Positions 48,224 through 60,200 of a stretch of 64,000 nucleotides of DNA are shown here, in pieces. The translations under genes and the position numbers were made by a program. Under the pieces are notes generated by a model. It was not told where the DNA came from. It saw nothing but the letters and a program-made list of their open reading frames with translations, and searched no databases. The first letter of the stretch is position 1. Every line of letters starts with the position of its first letter. Source of the stretch: Eledone cirrhosa (lineage: Eukaryota); assembly GCA_964016885.1 (NCBI GenBank), contig OZ024749.1, forward strand, positions 24,056,001-24,120,000, written 5' to 3'.

Positions 48224-51200
48224 CCCCGTTTTTTTATTTGGGTGCCCCGTTTTTGATTTGTGTGCCACGTTTTTTTATTTGGGTGCCGCGTTTTTTATTT
48301 GGGTGCTACGTTTTATTATTTGGGTGCCGCGTTTTTTATTTGGGTGCCCTGTTTTATTATTTGGGTGCCCCGTTTTTTATTTGGGTGCCCTGTTTTTTTA
48401 TTTGTGTGCCCCGTTTTTTTATTTGTGTGCCCGGTTTTATTATTTGGGTGCCGCGTTTTTTATTTGGGTGCCACGTTTTTTTATTTGTGTGCCCCGTTTT
48501 TTATTTGGGTCCCCCGCTTTTTTCTTTAGGTACCCCGTTTTTTATTTGGGTGCCCCGTTTTTTTATTTGGGTACCCCATTTTTTTATTTGGGTGCCCCGT
48601 TTTTTTATTTGGGTACCGGTTTTTTTATTTGGGTGCACGTTTTTTTTTATTTGTTTGCCCCATTTTTTATTTGGGTGACCCGTTTTTTTATTTTGGTGCC
48701 TCGTGTTTTATTTGGGTGCCCCATTTTTTTATTTGGGTGCCGCGTTTTTTTATTTGGGGGACCGTTTTTTTATGGGGGCGTCCGTTTTTTATTTGGGTGC
48801 TCGTTTTTTTTATTTGGGTGCCCAGTTTTTTTATGGGGAGGTCCGTTTTTATTTGGGTGCCACTTTTTATTTGGGTGCCAGTTTTTTAATTTGGGTGTCC
48901 CGTTTTTTGTTTGGGTGCCCCGTTTTTTTATTTGGGTGCCTTCTTTTATTATTTGGGTGCCCCGTATTTTTATTTGCGTGGCCCTTTTTTTAGGGGGGGT
49001 TCCGTTTTTTATTTGGGTGCCTTCTTTTATTATTTGGGTGCCCCGTATTTTTATTTGCGTGCCCCTTTTTTTAGGGGGGGGTTCCGTTTTTTATTTGGGT
49101 GCCTGTTTTTTATTTGTGTGCCCCGTTTTTTATTTGCGTGCCCCTTTTTTATTTGGGTGTCCCGTTTTTTATTTGGGTGCCCCATTTTTTATATTTGGGT
49201 GCCCCGGTTTTTTATTTGGATGCGGCCTTTTTTTATTTGGGTGCGCGGTTTTTTTATTTGGGTGCCCAGTTTTTTTATGGGGGGTCCGTTTTTATTTGGG
49301 TGTCCCGTTTTTTATTTGGGTGCCCCATTTTTTATATTTGGGTGCCCCGTTTTTTTATTTGTATGCCCCGTTTTTTATTTCGGTGCCGCGTTTTTTTTAC
49401 TTGGGTTCCCGGTTTTTTTTATTTCCGTGCCCGGTTTTTATTTGGGCCCCACATTATTTATTTGGAGGCCCCGTTTTTTATTTGGGTGCCCCGTTTTTTT
49501 ATTTGCGTGCCCCGTTTTTGATTAGGGTGCGCCGTATTTTATTTGGGTGCCCCTTTTCAATTTGGGTGCCGGTTTTTTTATTTGGGTGCCCGGTTTTTTT
49601 TATTTGTTTGCCCCATTTTTTATTTGGGTGACCCGTTTTTTATATTGGTGCCTCGTGTTTTATTTGGGTGCCCCATTTTTTTATTTCGGTGCCGCGTTTT
49701 TTTATTTGGGGGTCCGTTTTTTTATGGGGGCGTCCGTTTTTTGTTTGGTTGCTCGGTTTTTTTATTTGGGTGCCCAGTTTTTTTATGGGGAGGTCCGTTT
49801 TTATTTGGGTGCCAGTTTTTTAATTTGGGTGTCCCGTTTTTTGTTTGGGTGCCCCGTTTTTTTATTTGCGTGCCCCTTTTTTAAGGGGGGGTTCCGTTTT
49901 TTATTTGGGTGCCTTCTTTTATTATTTGGGTGCCCCGTATTTTTATTTGCGTGCCCCTTTTTTAGGGGGGGGTTCCGTTTTTTATTTGGGTGCCTGTTTT
50001 TTATTTGTGTGCCTCGTTTTTTATTTGCGTGTCCCGTTTTTTATTTGGGTGCCCCATTTTTTATATTTGGGTGCCCCGGTTTTTTATTTGGGTGCGGCCT
50101 TTTTTTATTTGGGTGCGCCGTTTTTTTATTTGGGTGCCCAGTTTTTTTATGGGGGTCCGTTTTTATTTGGGTGCCCGTTTTTTAATTTGGATGCCCCGTT
50201 TCTATTTGAGTGCCCCGTTTTTTTATTTGGGTGCCGCCTTTTATTATTTGGGTGCCCCGTATTTTTATTTGGGTGCCCCGTTTTTTAGGTGGGCTCCGTT
50301 TTTTATTTGGGTGCCTGTTTTTTTATTTGAGTGCCCCGTTTTTTAATTGCATGCCCCGTTTTTTATTTCGTTGCCGCGTTTTTTTTTAACTTGGGTTCCC
50401 GGTTTTTTTTATTTCCGCCCCCCTTTTTTTATTTGGGCCCCACATTATTTATTTGGAGGCCCCGTTTTTTATTTGGGTGCCCCGTTTTTTTATTTGCGTG
50501 CCCCGTTTTTGATTAGGGTGCCCCGTATTTTATTTGGGTGCCCGTTTTCAATTTGGGTGCCCCGTTTTTTTTATTTGAATGCCCGTTCTTTGTTTGGGTG
50601 TCCCGTTTTTATTATTTGGGTGCCCCGTTTTTTTATTTGGGTACCGGTTTTTTTATTTGGGTGCCCGGTTTTTTTATTTGTTTGCCCCATTTTTTATTTG
50701 GGTGACCCGTTTTTTTATTTGGGTGACTCGTGTTTTATTTGCCTGCCCCGTTTTTTATTTAGGTGCCCCGGTTTTTAATTTGGGTGCCCGTTTTCAATTT
50801 GGGTGCTCCGTTTTTTTATTTGAAAGCCGGTTTTTTTATTTGGGTGCCCCGTTTTTTTTATTTGAATGCCCGTTCTTTGTTTGGTTCCCCGTTTTTTTAT
50901 TTGGGCGCCCCATTTTTGATTTGGGTGTCACGTTTTTTTGTTTGGGTGCCGCGTTTTTTATTTGGGTGCCACGTTTTATTATTTGGGTGCCGCGTTTTTT
51001 ATTTGGGTGCCCCTTTTTTTTATTTGTGTGCCCCGTTTTTTTTAATTTGTGTGCCCCGTTTTATTATTTGGGTGCCGCGTTTTTTATTTGGGTGCCACGT
51101 TTTTTTATTTGTGTGCCCCGTTTTATTATTTGGGTGCCGCGTTTTTTATTTGGGTGCCACGTTTTTTTATTTGTGTGCCCCGTTTTTTATTTGGGTGCCC

Positions 51201-54200
51201 CGCTTTTTTCTTTAGGTGCCCCGTTTTTTATTTGGGTGCCCCATTTTTTTCTTTGCGTGCCCCGTTTTTTTATTTGGGTACCCCATTTTTTTATTTGGGT
51301 GCCTCGTTTTTTTATTTGGGTACCGGTTTTTTTATTTGGGTGCCCGGTTTTTTTTATTTGGGTGCCGCGTTTTTTTATTTGGGGGACCTTTTTTTATGGG
51401 GGCGTCCGTTTTTTATTTGGGTGCTCGGTTTTTTTATTTGGGTGCCCAGTTTTTTTATGGGGAGGTCCGTTTTTATTTGGGTGCCAGTTTTTTAATTTGG
51501 GTGTCCCGTTTTTTGTTTGGGTGCTCCGTTTTTTATTTGGGGCCTTCTTTTATTATTTGGGTGCCCCGTATTTTTATTTGCGTGCCCCTTTTTTAGGGGG
51601 GGTTCCGTTTATTATTTGGGTGCCTGTTTTTTATTTGTGTGCCCCGTTTTTTATTTGCGTGCCCGTTTTTTATTTGCGTGTCCCGTTTTTTATTTGGGTG
51701 TCCCATTTTTTATATTTGGGTGCCCCGGTTTTTTATTTGGGTGCGGCCTTTTTTTATTTGGGTGCCCAGTTTTTTTATGGGGGGTCCGTTTTTATTTGGG
51801 TGCCCGTTTTTTAATTTGGGTGCCCCGTTTTTTAATTTGGATGCCCCGTTTCTATTTGAGTGCCCCGTTTTTTTATTTGAGTGCCGCCTTTTATTATTTG
51901 TGTGCCTCGTATTTTTATTTGGGTGCCCCGTATTTTAGGTGGTCTCCGTTTTTTATTTGAGTGCCCCGTTTTTTTATTTGTATGCCCCGTCTTTTATTTC
52001 GGTCCGCGTTTTTTTTAACTTGGGTTCCCGGTTTTTTATATTTCCGTCCCCCTTTTTTTATTTGGGCCCCACATTATTTATTTGGAGGCCCCGTTTTTTA
52101 TTTGGGTGCCCCGTTTTTTTATTTGCGTGCCCCGTTTTTGATTAGGGTGCCCCGTATTTTATTTGGGTGCCCTTTTTCAATTTGGGTGCTCCGTTTTTTT
52201 ATTTGAATGCCGGTTTTTTTATTTGGGTGGCCCGTTTTTTTTATTGGAATGCCCGTTCTTGGTTTGGGTGTCCCGTTTTTTTATTTGGGTGCCCCGTTTT
52301 TTTATTTGGGTACCGGTTCTTTTATTTGGGTGCCCGGTTTTTTTATTTGTTTGCCCCGTATTTTTATTTGCGTGCCCCTTTTTTAGGGGGGGGGCCGTTT
52401 TTTATTTGGGTGCCTGTTTTTTATTTGTGTGCCTCGTTTTTTATTTGCGTGTCCCGTTTTTTATTTGGGTGCCCCATTTTTTATATTTGGGTGCCCCGGT
52501 TTTTTATTTGGGTGCGGCCTTTTTTTATTTGGGTGCGCCGTTTTTTTATTTGGGTGCCCAGTTTTTTTATGGGGGGTCCGTTTTTATTTGGGTGCCCGTT
52601 TTTTAATTTGGATGCCCCGTTTCTATTTGAGTGCCCCGTTTTTTTATTTGGGTGCCGCCTTTTATTATTTGGGTGCCCCGTATTTTTATTTGGGTGCCCC
52701 GTTTTTTAGGTGGGCTCCGTTTTTTATTTGGGTGCCTGTTTTTTTATTTGAGTGCCCCGTTTTTTAATTGCATGCCCCGTTTTTTATTTCGTTGCCGCGT
52801 TTTTTTTTAACTTGGGTTCCCGGTTTTTTTTATTTCCGCCCCCCTTTTTTTATTTGGGCCCCACATTATTTATTTGGAGGCCCCGTTTTTTATTTGGGTG
52901 CCCCGTTTTTTTATTTGCGTGCCCCGTTTTTGATTAGGGTGCCCCGTATTTTATTTGGGTGCCGGTTTTCAATTTGGGTGCCCCGTTTTTTTTATTTGAA
53001 TGCCCGTTCTTTGTTTGGGTGTCCCGTTTTTATTATTTGGGTGCCCCGTTTTTTTATTTGGGTACCGGTTTTTTTATTTGGGTGCCCGGTTTTTTTATTT
53101 GTTTGCCCCATTTTTTATTTGGGTGACCCGTTTTTTTATTTGGGTGACTCGTGTTTTATTTGCCTGCCCCGTTTTTTATTTAGGTGCCCCGGTTTTTAAT
53201 TTGGGTGCCCGTTTTCAATTTGGGTGCTCCGTTTTTTTATTTGAAAGCCGGTTTTTTTATTTGGGTGCCCCGTTTTTTTTATTTGAATGCCCGTTCTTTG
53301 TTTGGTTCCCCGTTTTTTTATTTGGGCGCCCCATTTTTGATTTGGGTGTCACGTTTTTTTGTTTGGGTGCCGCGTTTTTTATTTGGGTGCCACGTTTTAT
53401 TATTTGGGTGCCGCGTTTTTTATTTGGGTGCCCCTTTTTTTTATTTGTGTGCCCCGTTTTTTTAATTTGTGTGCCCCGTTTTATTATTTGGGTGCCGCGT
53501 TTTTTATTTGGGTGCCACGTTTTTTTATTTGTGTGCCCCGTTTTATTATTTGGGTGCCGCGTTTTTTATTTGGGTGCCACGTTTTTTTATTTGTGTGCCC
53601 CGTTTTTTATTTGGGTGCCCCGCTTTTTTCTTTAGGTGCCCCGTTTTTTATTTGGGTGCCCCATTTTTTTCTTTGCGTGCCCCGTTTTTTTATTTGGGTA
53701 CCCCATTTTTTTATTTGGGTGCCTCGTTTTTTTATTTGGGTACCGGTTTTTTTATTTGGGTGCCCGGTTTTTTTTATTTGGGTGCCGCGTTTTTTTATTT
53801 GGGGGACCTTTTTTTATGGGGGCGTCCGTTTTTTATTTGGGTGCTCGGTTTTTTTATTTGGGTGCCCAGTTTTTTTATGGGGAGGTCCGTTTTTATTTGG
53901 GTGCCAGTTTTTTAATTTGGGTGTCCCGTTTTTTGTTTGGGTGCTCCGTTTTTTATTTGGGGCCTTCTTTTATTATTTGGGTGCCCCGTATTTTTATTTG
54001 CGTGCCCCTTTTTTAGGGGGGGTTCCGTTTATTATTTGGGTGCCTGTTTTTATTTGTGTGCCCCGTTTTTTATTTGCGTGCCCGTTTTTTATTTGCGTGT
54101 CCCGTTTTTTATTTGGGTGTCCCATTTTTTATATTTGGGTGCCCCGGTTTTTTATTTGGGTGCGGCCTTTTTTTATTTGGGTGCCCAGTTTTTTTATGGG

Positions 54201-57200
54201 GGGTCCGTTTTTATTTGGGTGCCCGTTTTTTAATTTGGGTGCCCCGTTTTTTAATTTGGATGCCCCGTTTCTATTTGAGTGCCCCGTTTTTTTATTTGAG
54301 TGCCGCCTTTTATTATTTGTGTGCCTCGTATTTTTATTTGGGTGCCCCGTATTTTAGGTGGTCTCCGTTTTTTATTTGAGTGCCCCGTTTTTTTATTTGT
54401 ATGCCCCGTCTTTTATTTCGGTCCGCGTTTTTTTTAACTTGGGTTCCCGGTTTTTTATATTTCCGTCCCCCTTTTTTTATTTGGGCCCCACATTATTTAT
54501 TTGGAGGCCCCGTTTTTTATTTGGGTGCCCCGTTTTTTTATTTGCGTGCCCCGTTTTTGATTAGGGTGCCCCGTATTTTATTTGGGTGCCCTTTTTCAAT
54601 TTGGGTGCTCCGTTTTTTTATTTGAATGCCGGTTTTTTTATTTGGGTGGCCCGTTTTTTTTATTGGAATGCCCGTTCTTGGTTTGGGTGTCGCGTTTTTT
54701 TATTTGGGTGCCCCGTTTTTTTATTTGGGTACCGGTTCTTTTATTTGGGTGCCCGGTTTTTTTATTTGTTTGCCCCATTTTTTATTTGGGTGACCCGTTT
54801 TTTTATTTGGGTGACTCGTGTTTTATTTGCCTGCCCCGTTTTTTATTTGGGTGCCCAGTTTTTTTATGGGGAGGTCCGTTTTTATTTGGGTGCCAGTTTT
54901 TTAATTTGGGTGTCCCGTTTTTTGTTTGGGTGCCCCGTTTTTTTATTTGGGTGCCTTCTTTTATTATTTGGGTGCCCGTATTTTTATTTGCATGCCCCTT
55001 TTTTAGGGGGGGTTCCGTTTTTTATTTGGGTGCCTGTTTTTTATTTGTGTGTCCCGTTTTTTATTTGCGTGCCCCTTTTTTATTTGCGTGTCCCGTTTTT
55101 TATTTGGGTGCCCCATTTTTTATATTTGGGTGCCCCGGTTTTTTATTTGGGTGCGGCCTTTTTTATTTGGGTGCGCCGTTTTTTTATTTGGGTGCCCAGT
55201 TTTTTTATGGGGGGTCCGTTTTTATTTGGGTGCCCGTTTTTTAATTTGGGTGCCCCGCTTTATATTTGGGTACCCCGTTTTTTAATTTGGATGCCCCGTT
55301 TCTATTTGAGTGTCCCGTTTTTTTATTTGGGTGCCGCCTTTTATTATTTGGGTGACCCGTTTTTTTATTTGGGTGACTCGTGTTTTATTTGCCTGCCCCG
55401 TTTTTATTTGGGTGCCCCGTTTTTTAATTTGGGTGCCCGTTTTCAATTTGGGTGCTCCGTTTTTTTATTTGAATGCCGGTTTTTTTATTTGGGTGCCCCG
55501 TTTTTTTTATTTGAATGCCCTTTCTTTGTTTGGGTCCCCCGTTTTTTTATTTGGGCGCCCCATTTTTGATTTGGGTGTCACGTTTTTTTGTTTGGGTGCC
55601 GCGTTTTTTATTTGGGTGCCACGTTTTATTATTTGGGTGCCGCGTTTTTTATTTGGGTGCCCCTTTTTTTTATTTGTGTGCCCCGTTTTTTTTATTTGTG
55701 TGCGCCGTTTTATTATTTGGGTGCCGCGTTTTTTATTTGGGTGCCACGTTTTTTTATTTGTGTGCCCCGTTTTTTATTTGGGTGCCCCGCTTTTTTCTTT
55801 AGGTGCCCCGTTTTTTATTTGGGTGCCCCATTTTTTTCTTTGCGTGCCCCGTTTTTTTTATTTGGGTACCCCATTTTTTTATTTGGGTGCCTCGTTTTTT
55901 TATTTGGGTACCGGATTTTTTATTTGGGTGCCCGGTTTTTTTTATTTGTTTGCCCCATTTTTTATTTGGGTGACCCGTTTTTTTATTTTGGTGCCTCGTG
56001 TTTTATTTGGGTGCCCCATTTTTTTATTTGGGTGCCGCGTTTTTTTATTTGGGGGACCTTTTTTTATGGGGGCGTCCGTTTTTTATTTGGGTGCTCGGTT
56101 TTTTTATTTGGGGGCCCAGTTTTTTTATGGGGAGGTCCGTTTTTATTTGGGTGCCAGTTTTTTAATTTGGGTGTCCCGTTTTTTGTTTGGGTGCTCCGTT
56201 TTTTATTTGGGTGCCTTCTTTTATTATTTGGGTGCCCCGTATTTTTATTTGCGTGCCCCTTTTTTAGGGGGGGGTCCGTTTTTTATTTGGGTGCCCCGCT
56301 TTTTTCTTTAGGTGCCCCGTTTTTTATTTGGGTGCCCCATTTTTTTCTTTGCGTGCCCCGTTTTTTTTATTTGGGTACCCCATTTTTTTATTTGTGTGCC
56401 CCGTTTTTTATTTGCGTGCCCCTTTTTTATTTGCGTGTCCCGTTTTTTATTTGGGTGCCCCATTTTTTATATTTGGGTGCCCCGGTTTTTTATTTGGGTG
56501 CGGCCTTTTTTATTTGGGTGCGCCGTTTTTTTATTTGGGTGCCCAGTTTTTTTATGGGGGGTCCGTTTTTATTTGGGTGCCCGTTTTTTAATTTGGGTGC
56601 CCCGCTTTATATTTGGGTACCCCGTTTTTTAATTTGGATGCCCCGTTTCTATTTGAGTGTCCCGTTTTTTTATTTGGGTGCCGCCTTTTATCATTTGGGT
56701 GACCCGTTTTTTTATTTGGGTGCCCGTTTTCAATTTGGGTGCTCCGTTTTTTTATTTGAATGCCGGTTTTTTTATTTGGGTGCCCCGTTTTTTTTATTTG
56801 AATGCCCTTTCTTTGTTTGGGTCCCCCGTTTTTTTATTTGGGCGCCCCATTTTTGATTTGGGTGCCACGTTCTTTTATTTGGGTGCCGCGTTTTTTATTT
56901 GGGTGCCACGTTTTATTATTTGGTGCCGCGTTTTTTATTTGAGTGCCCCGTTTTTTTATTTGTGTGCCCCGTTTTTTTATTTGTGTGCCCCGTTTTATTA
57001 TTTGGGTGCCGCGTTTTTTATTTGGGTGCCACGTTTTTTTACTTGTTTTTTATTTGGGTGCCCCGCTTTTTTTCTTTAGGTGCCCCGTTTTTTATTTGGG
57101 TGCCCCGTATTTTTATTTGCGTGCCCCTTTTTTAGGGGGGGGGGGCGTTTTTTATTTGGGTGCCTGTTTTTTATTTGTGTGCCCCGTTTTTTATTTGCGT

Positions 57201-60200
57201 GCCCCTTTTTTATTTGCGTGTCCCGTTTTTTATTTGGGTGCCCCATTTTTTATATTTGGGTGCCCCGGTTTTTTATTTCGGTGCGGCCTTTTTTTAGTTG
57301 GGTGCGCCGTTTTTTTATTTGGGTGCCCAGTTTTTTTATGGGGGGTCCGTTTTTATTTGGGTGCCCGTTTTTTAATTTGGGTGCCCCGCTTTATATTTGG
57401 GTGCCCCGTTTTTTAATTTGGATGCCGCGTTTCTATTTGAGTGCCCCGTTTTTTTATTTGGGTGCCGCCTTTTATTATTTGGGTGCCCCGTATTTTTATT
57501 TGGGTGCCCCGTTTTTTAGGTGGTCTCCGTTTTTTATTTGGGTGCCTGTTTTTTTATTTGAGTGCCCCGTTTTTTTATTTGTATGCCCCGTTTTTTATTT
57601 CGGTCCGCGTTTTTTTTAACTTGGGTTCCCGGTTTTTTATATTTCCGTCCCCCTTTTTTTATTTGGGCGCCACATTATTTATTTGGAGGCCCCGTTTTTT
57701 ATTTGGGTGCCCCGTTTTTTTATTTGCGTGCCCCGTTTTTGATTAGGGTGCCCCGTGTTTTATTTGGGTGCCCTTTTTCAATTTGGGTGCTCCGTTTTTT
57801 TATTTGAATGCCGGTTTTTTTATTTGGGTGCCCCGTTTTTTTTATTGGAATGCCCGTTCTTTGTTTGGGTGTCCCGTTTTTTTATTTGGGTGCCCCGTTT
57901 TTTTATTTGGGTACCGGTTTTTTTATTTGGGTGCCCGGTTTTTTTTATTTGTTTGCCCCATTTCTTATTTGGGTGACCCGTTTTTTTATTTGGGTGCCTC
58001 GTGTTTTATTTGCCTGCCCCGTTTTTTATTTGGGTGCCCCGTTTTTTAATTTGGGTGCCCGTTTTCAATTTGGGTTCTCGCTTTTTTTATTTGAATGCCG
58101 GTTTTTTTATTTGGGTGCCCCGTTTTTTTTATTTGAATGCCCGTTCTTTGTTTGGGTCCCCCGTTTTTTTATTTGGGCGCCCCATTTTTTTATTTCGGTG
58201 CCCCATTTTTTTATTTGGGTGACCCGTTTTTTTATTTGGGTGCCTCGTATTTTATTTGGGTGCCCCATTTTTTGATTTGGGTGCCGTGTTTTTTTATTTG
58301 GGAGACCGTTTTTTTATGGGGGCGTTCGTTTTTATATGTGTGCTCGGTTTTTTTATATGGGTGCCCAGTTTTTTATGGGGAGGTCCGTTTTTATTTGGGT
58401 GCCAGATTTTTAATTTGGGTGCCCCGTTTTTTGTTTGGATGGCCCGTTTTTTCATGGGTGGGGGTCCGTTTTTTATTTGGGTGTCCTGTTTTTTTAATTT
58501 GGGTGCCCCGTTTTCTATTTGGGCGTCCCGTTTTTTATTTGGGTGCCTTCTTTTATTATTTGGGTGCCCCGTTTTTGCGTGCCCCTTTTTTTAGGGTGGG
58601 TTCCGTTTTTTATTTTGGTGCCTGTTTTTTATTTGTGTGCCCCGTTGTTTATTTGCCTGCCCCTTTTTTATTTGGGTGTCCCGTTTTTTATTTGGCTGCC
58701 CCATTTTTAATATTTGGGTGCCCCGGTTTTTTATTTGGGTGCCGCCTTTTTTATTTGGGTGAGCCGTTTTTTTATTTGGGTGCCCAGTTTATTATGGGGG
58801 TCCGTTTTTATTTGGGTGCCCGTTTTTTAATTTGGGTGCCCCGTTTTTTATTTGGGTGTCCCGTTTTTTAATTTGGATGCCCCGTTTTCTATTTGGGTGC
58901 CCCGTTTTTTTATTTGGGTGCCGCCTTTTATTATTTGGATGCCCCGTTTTCTATTTGGGTGCCCCGTTTTTTTATTTGGGTGCCGCCTTTTATTATTTGG
59001 GTGCCCCGTATTTTTATTTGGGTGCCCCGTTTTTTATTTCCGTGCCCCTTTTTTTTTATTTAGGCGCCACATTATTTATTTGGAGGCTCCGTTTTTTATT
59101 TGGGTGCCCCGTTTTTTTATTTGCGTGCCCCATTTTTTATTAGGGTGCCCCGTATTTTAATTGGTTGCCCGTTTTTTTATCTGGGTGCCCCGTTTTTTAT
59201 TTGCGTGCCCCGTTTTTGATTAGGGTGCCCCGTATTTTATTTGGGTGCCCCGTTTTTTTGTTAGGTTGCCGCGTGGTTTTATTTTGGTGCCCCGTTATTT
59301 TATTTGAATGCGGGTTTTTTTTATTTGGGTGCCCCGTTTATTTATTTGCGTGCCCAGTTCTTTTTATCTGGGTGCCCATTTTTTATTTGGGTACCCCATT
59401 TTTGATTAGGGTGCCCCATTTTTTATTTGGGTGCCCCGTGCTTTGTTTGGGTATTCCCGCTTTTTTAGGGGGGTTCGTTTTTTATTTGGGTGCCCTTTTT
59501 CTTTATTTGATTGCTATGTTTTTTATTTGAATGCCGGATTTTTTATTTGGGTGACCCGTTTTTTTATTTGGGTGCCCCGTTTTTCATTTGGGTACCGCCT
59601 TTTTTTATTTGGTGCCCAGTTTTTGATTAGAGTGTCCCATTTTTAATTTGGGTGCCCCGTTTTTTAATTTGGATGCCCCGTTTTCTATTTGGGTGCCCCG
59701 TTTTTTTATTTGGGTGTCCCGTTTTTTAGGGGGGTTCCGTTTTCTATCTGGGTGCCGTTCTTTTTATTTGAGTACCCCGTTTTTTTATTTGGGTGCCTGT
59801 TTTTTATTTGTGTGCCCCGTTTTTTATTTGCGTGCCCCTTTTTTATTTGCATATCCCGTTTTTTATTTGGGTGCCCCATTTTTTATATTTGGGTGCCCCG
59901 GTTTTTTATTTCGGTGCGGCCTTTTTTTATTTGGGTGCGCCGTTTTTTTATTTGGGTGCCCAGTTTTTTTATGGGGGGTCCGTTTTTATTTGGGTGCCCG
60001 TTTTTAAATTTGGGTGCCCCGCTTTATATTTGGGTGCCCCGTTTTTTAATTTGGATGCCGCGTTTCTATTTGAGTGCCCCGTTTTTTTATTTGGGTGCCG
60101 CCTTTTATTATTTGGGTGCCCCGTATTTTTATTTGGGTGCCCCGTTTTTTAGGTGGTCTCCGTTTTTTATTTGGGTGCCTGTTTTTTTATTTGAGTGCCC

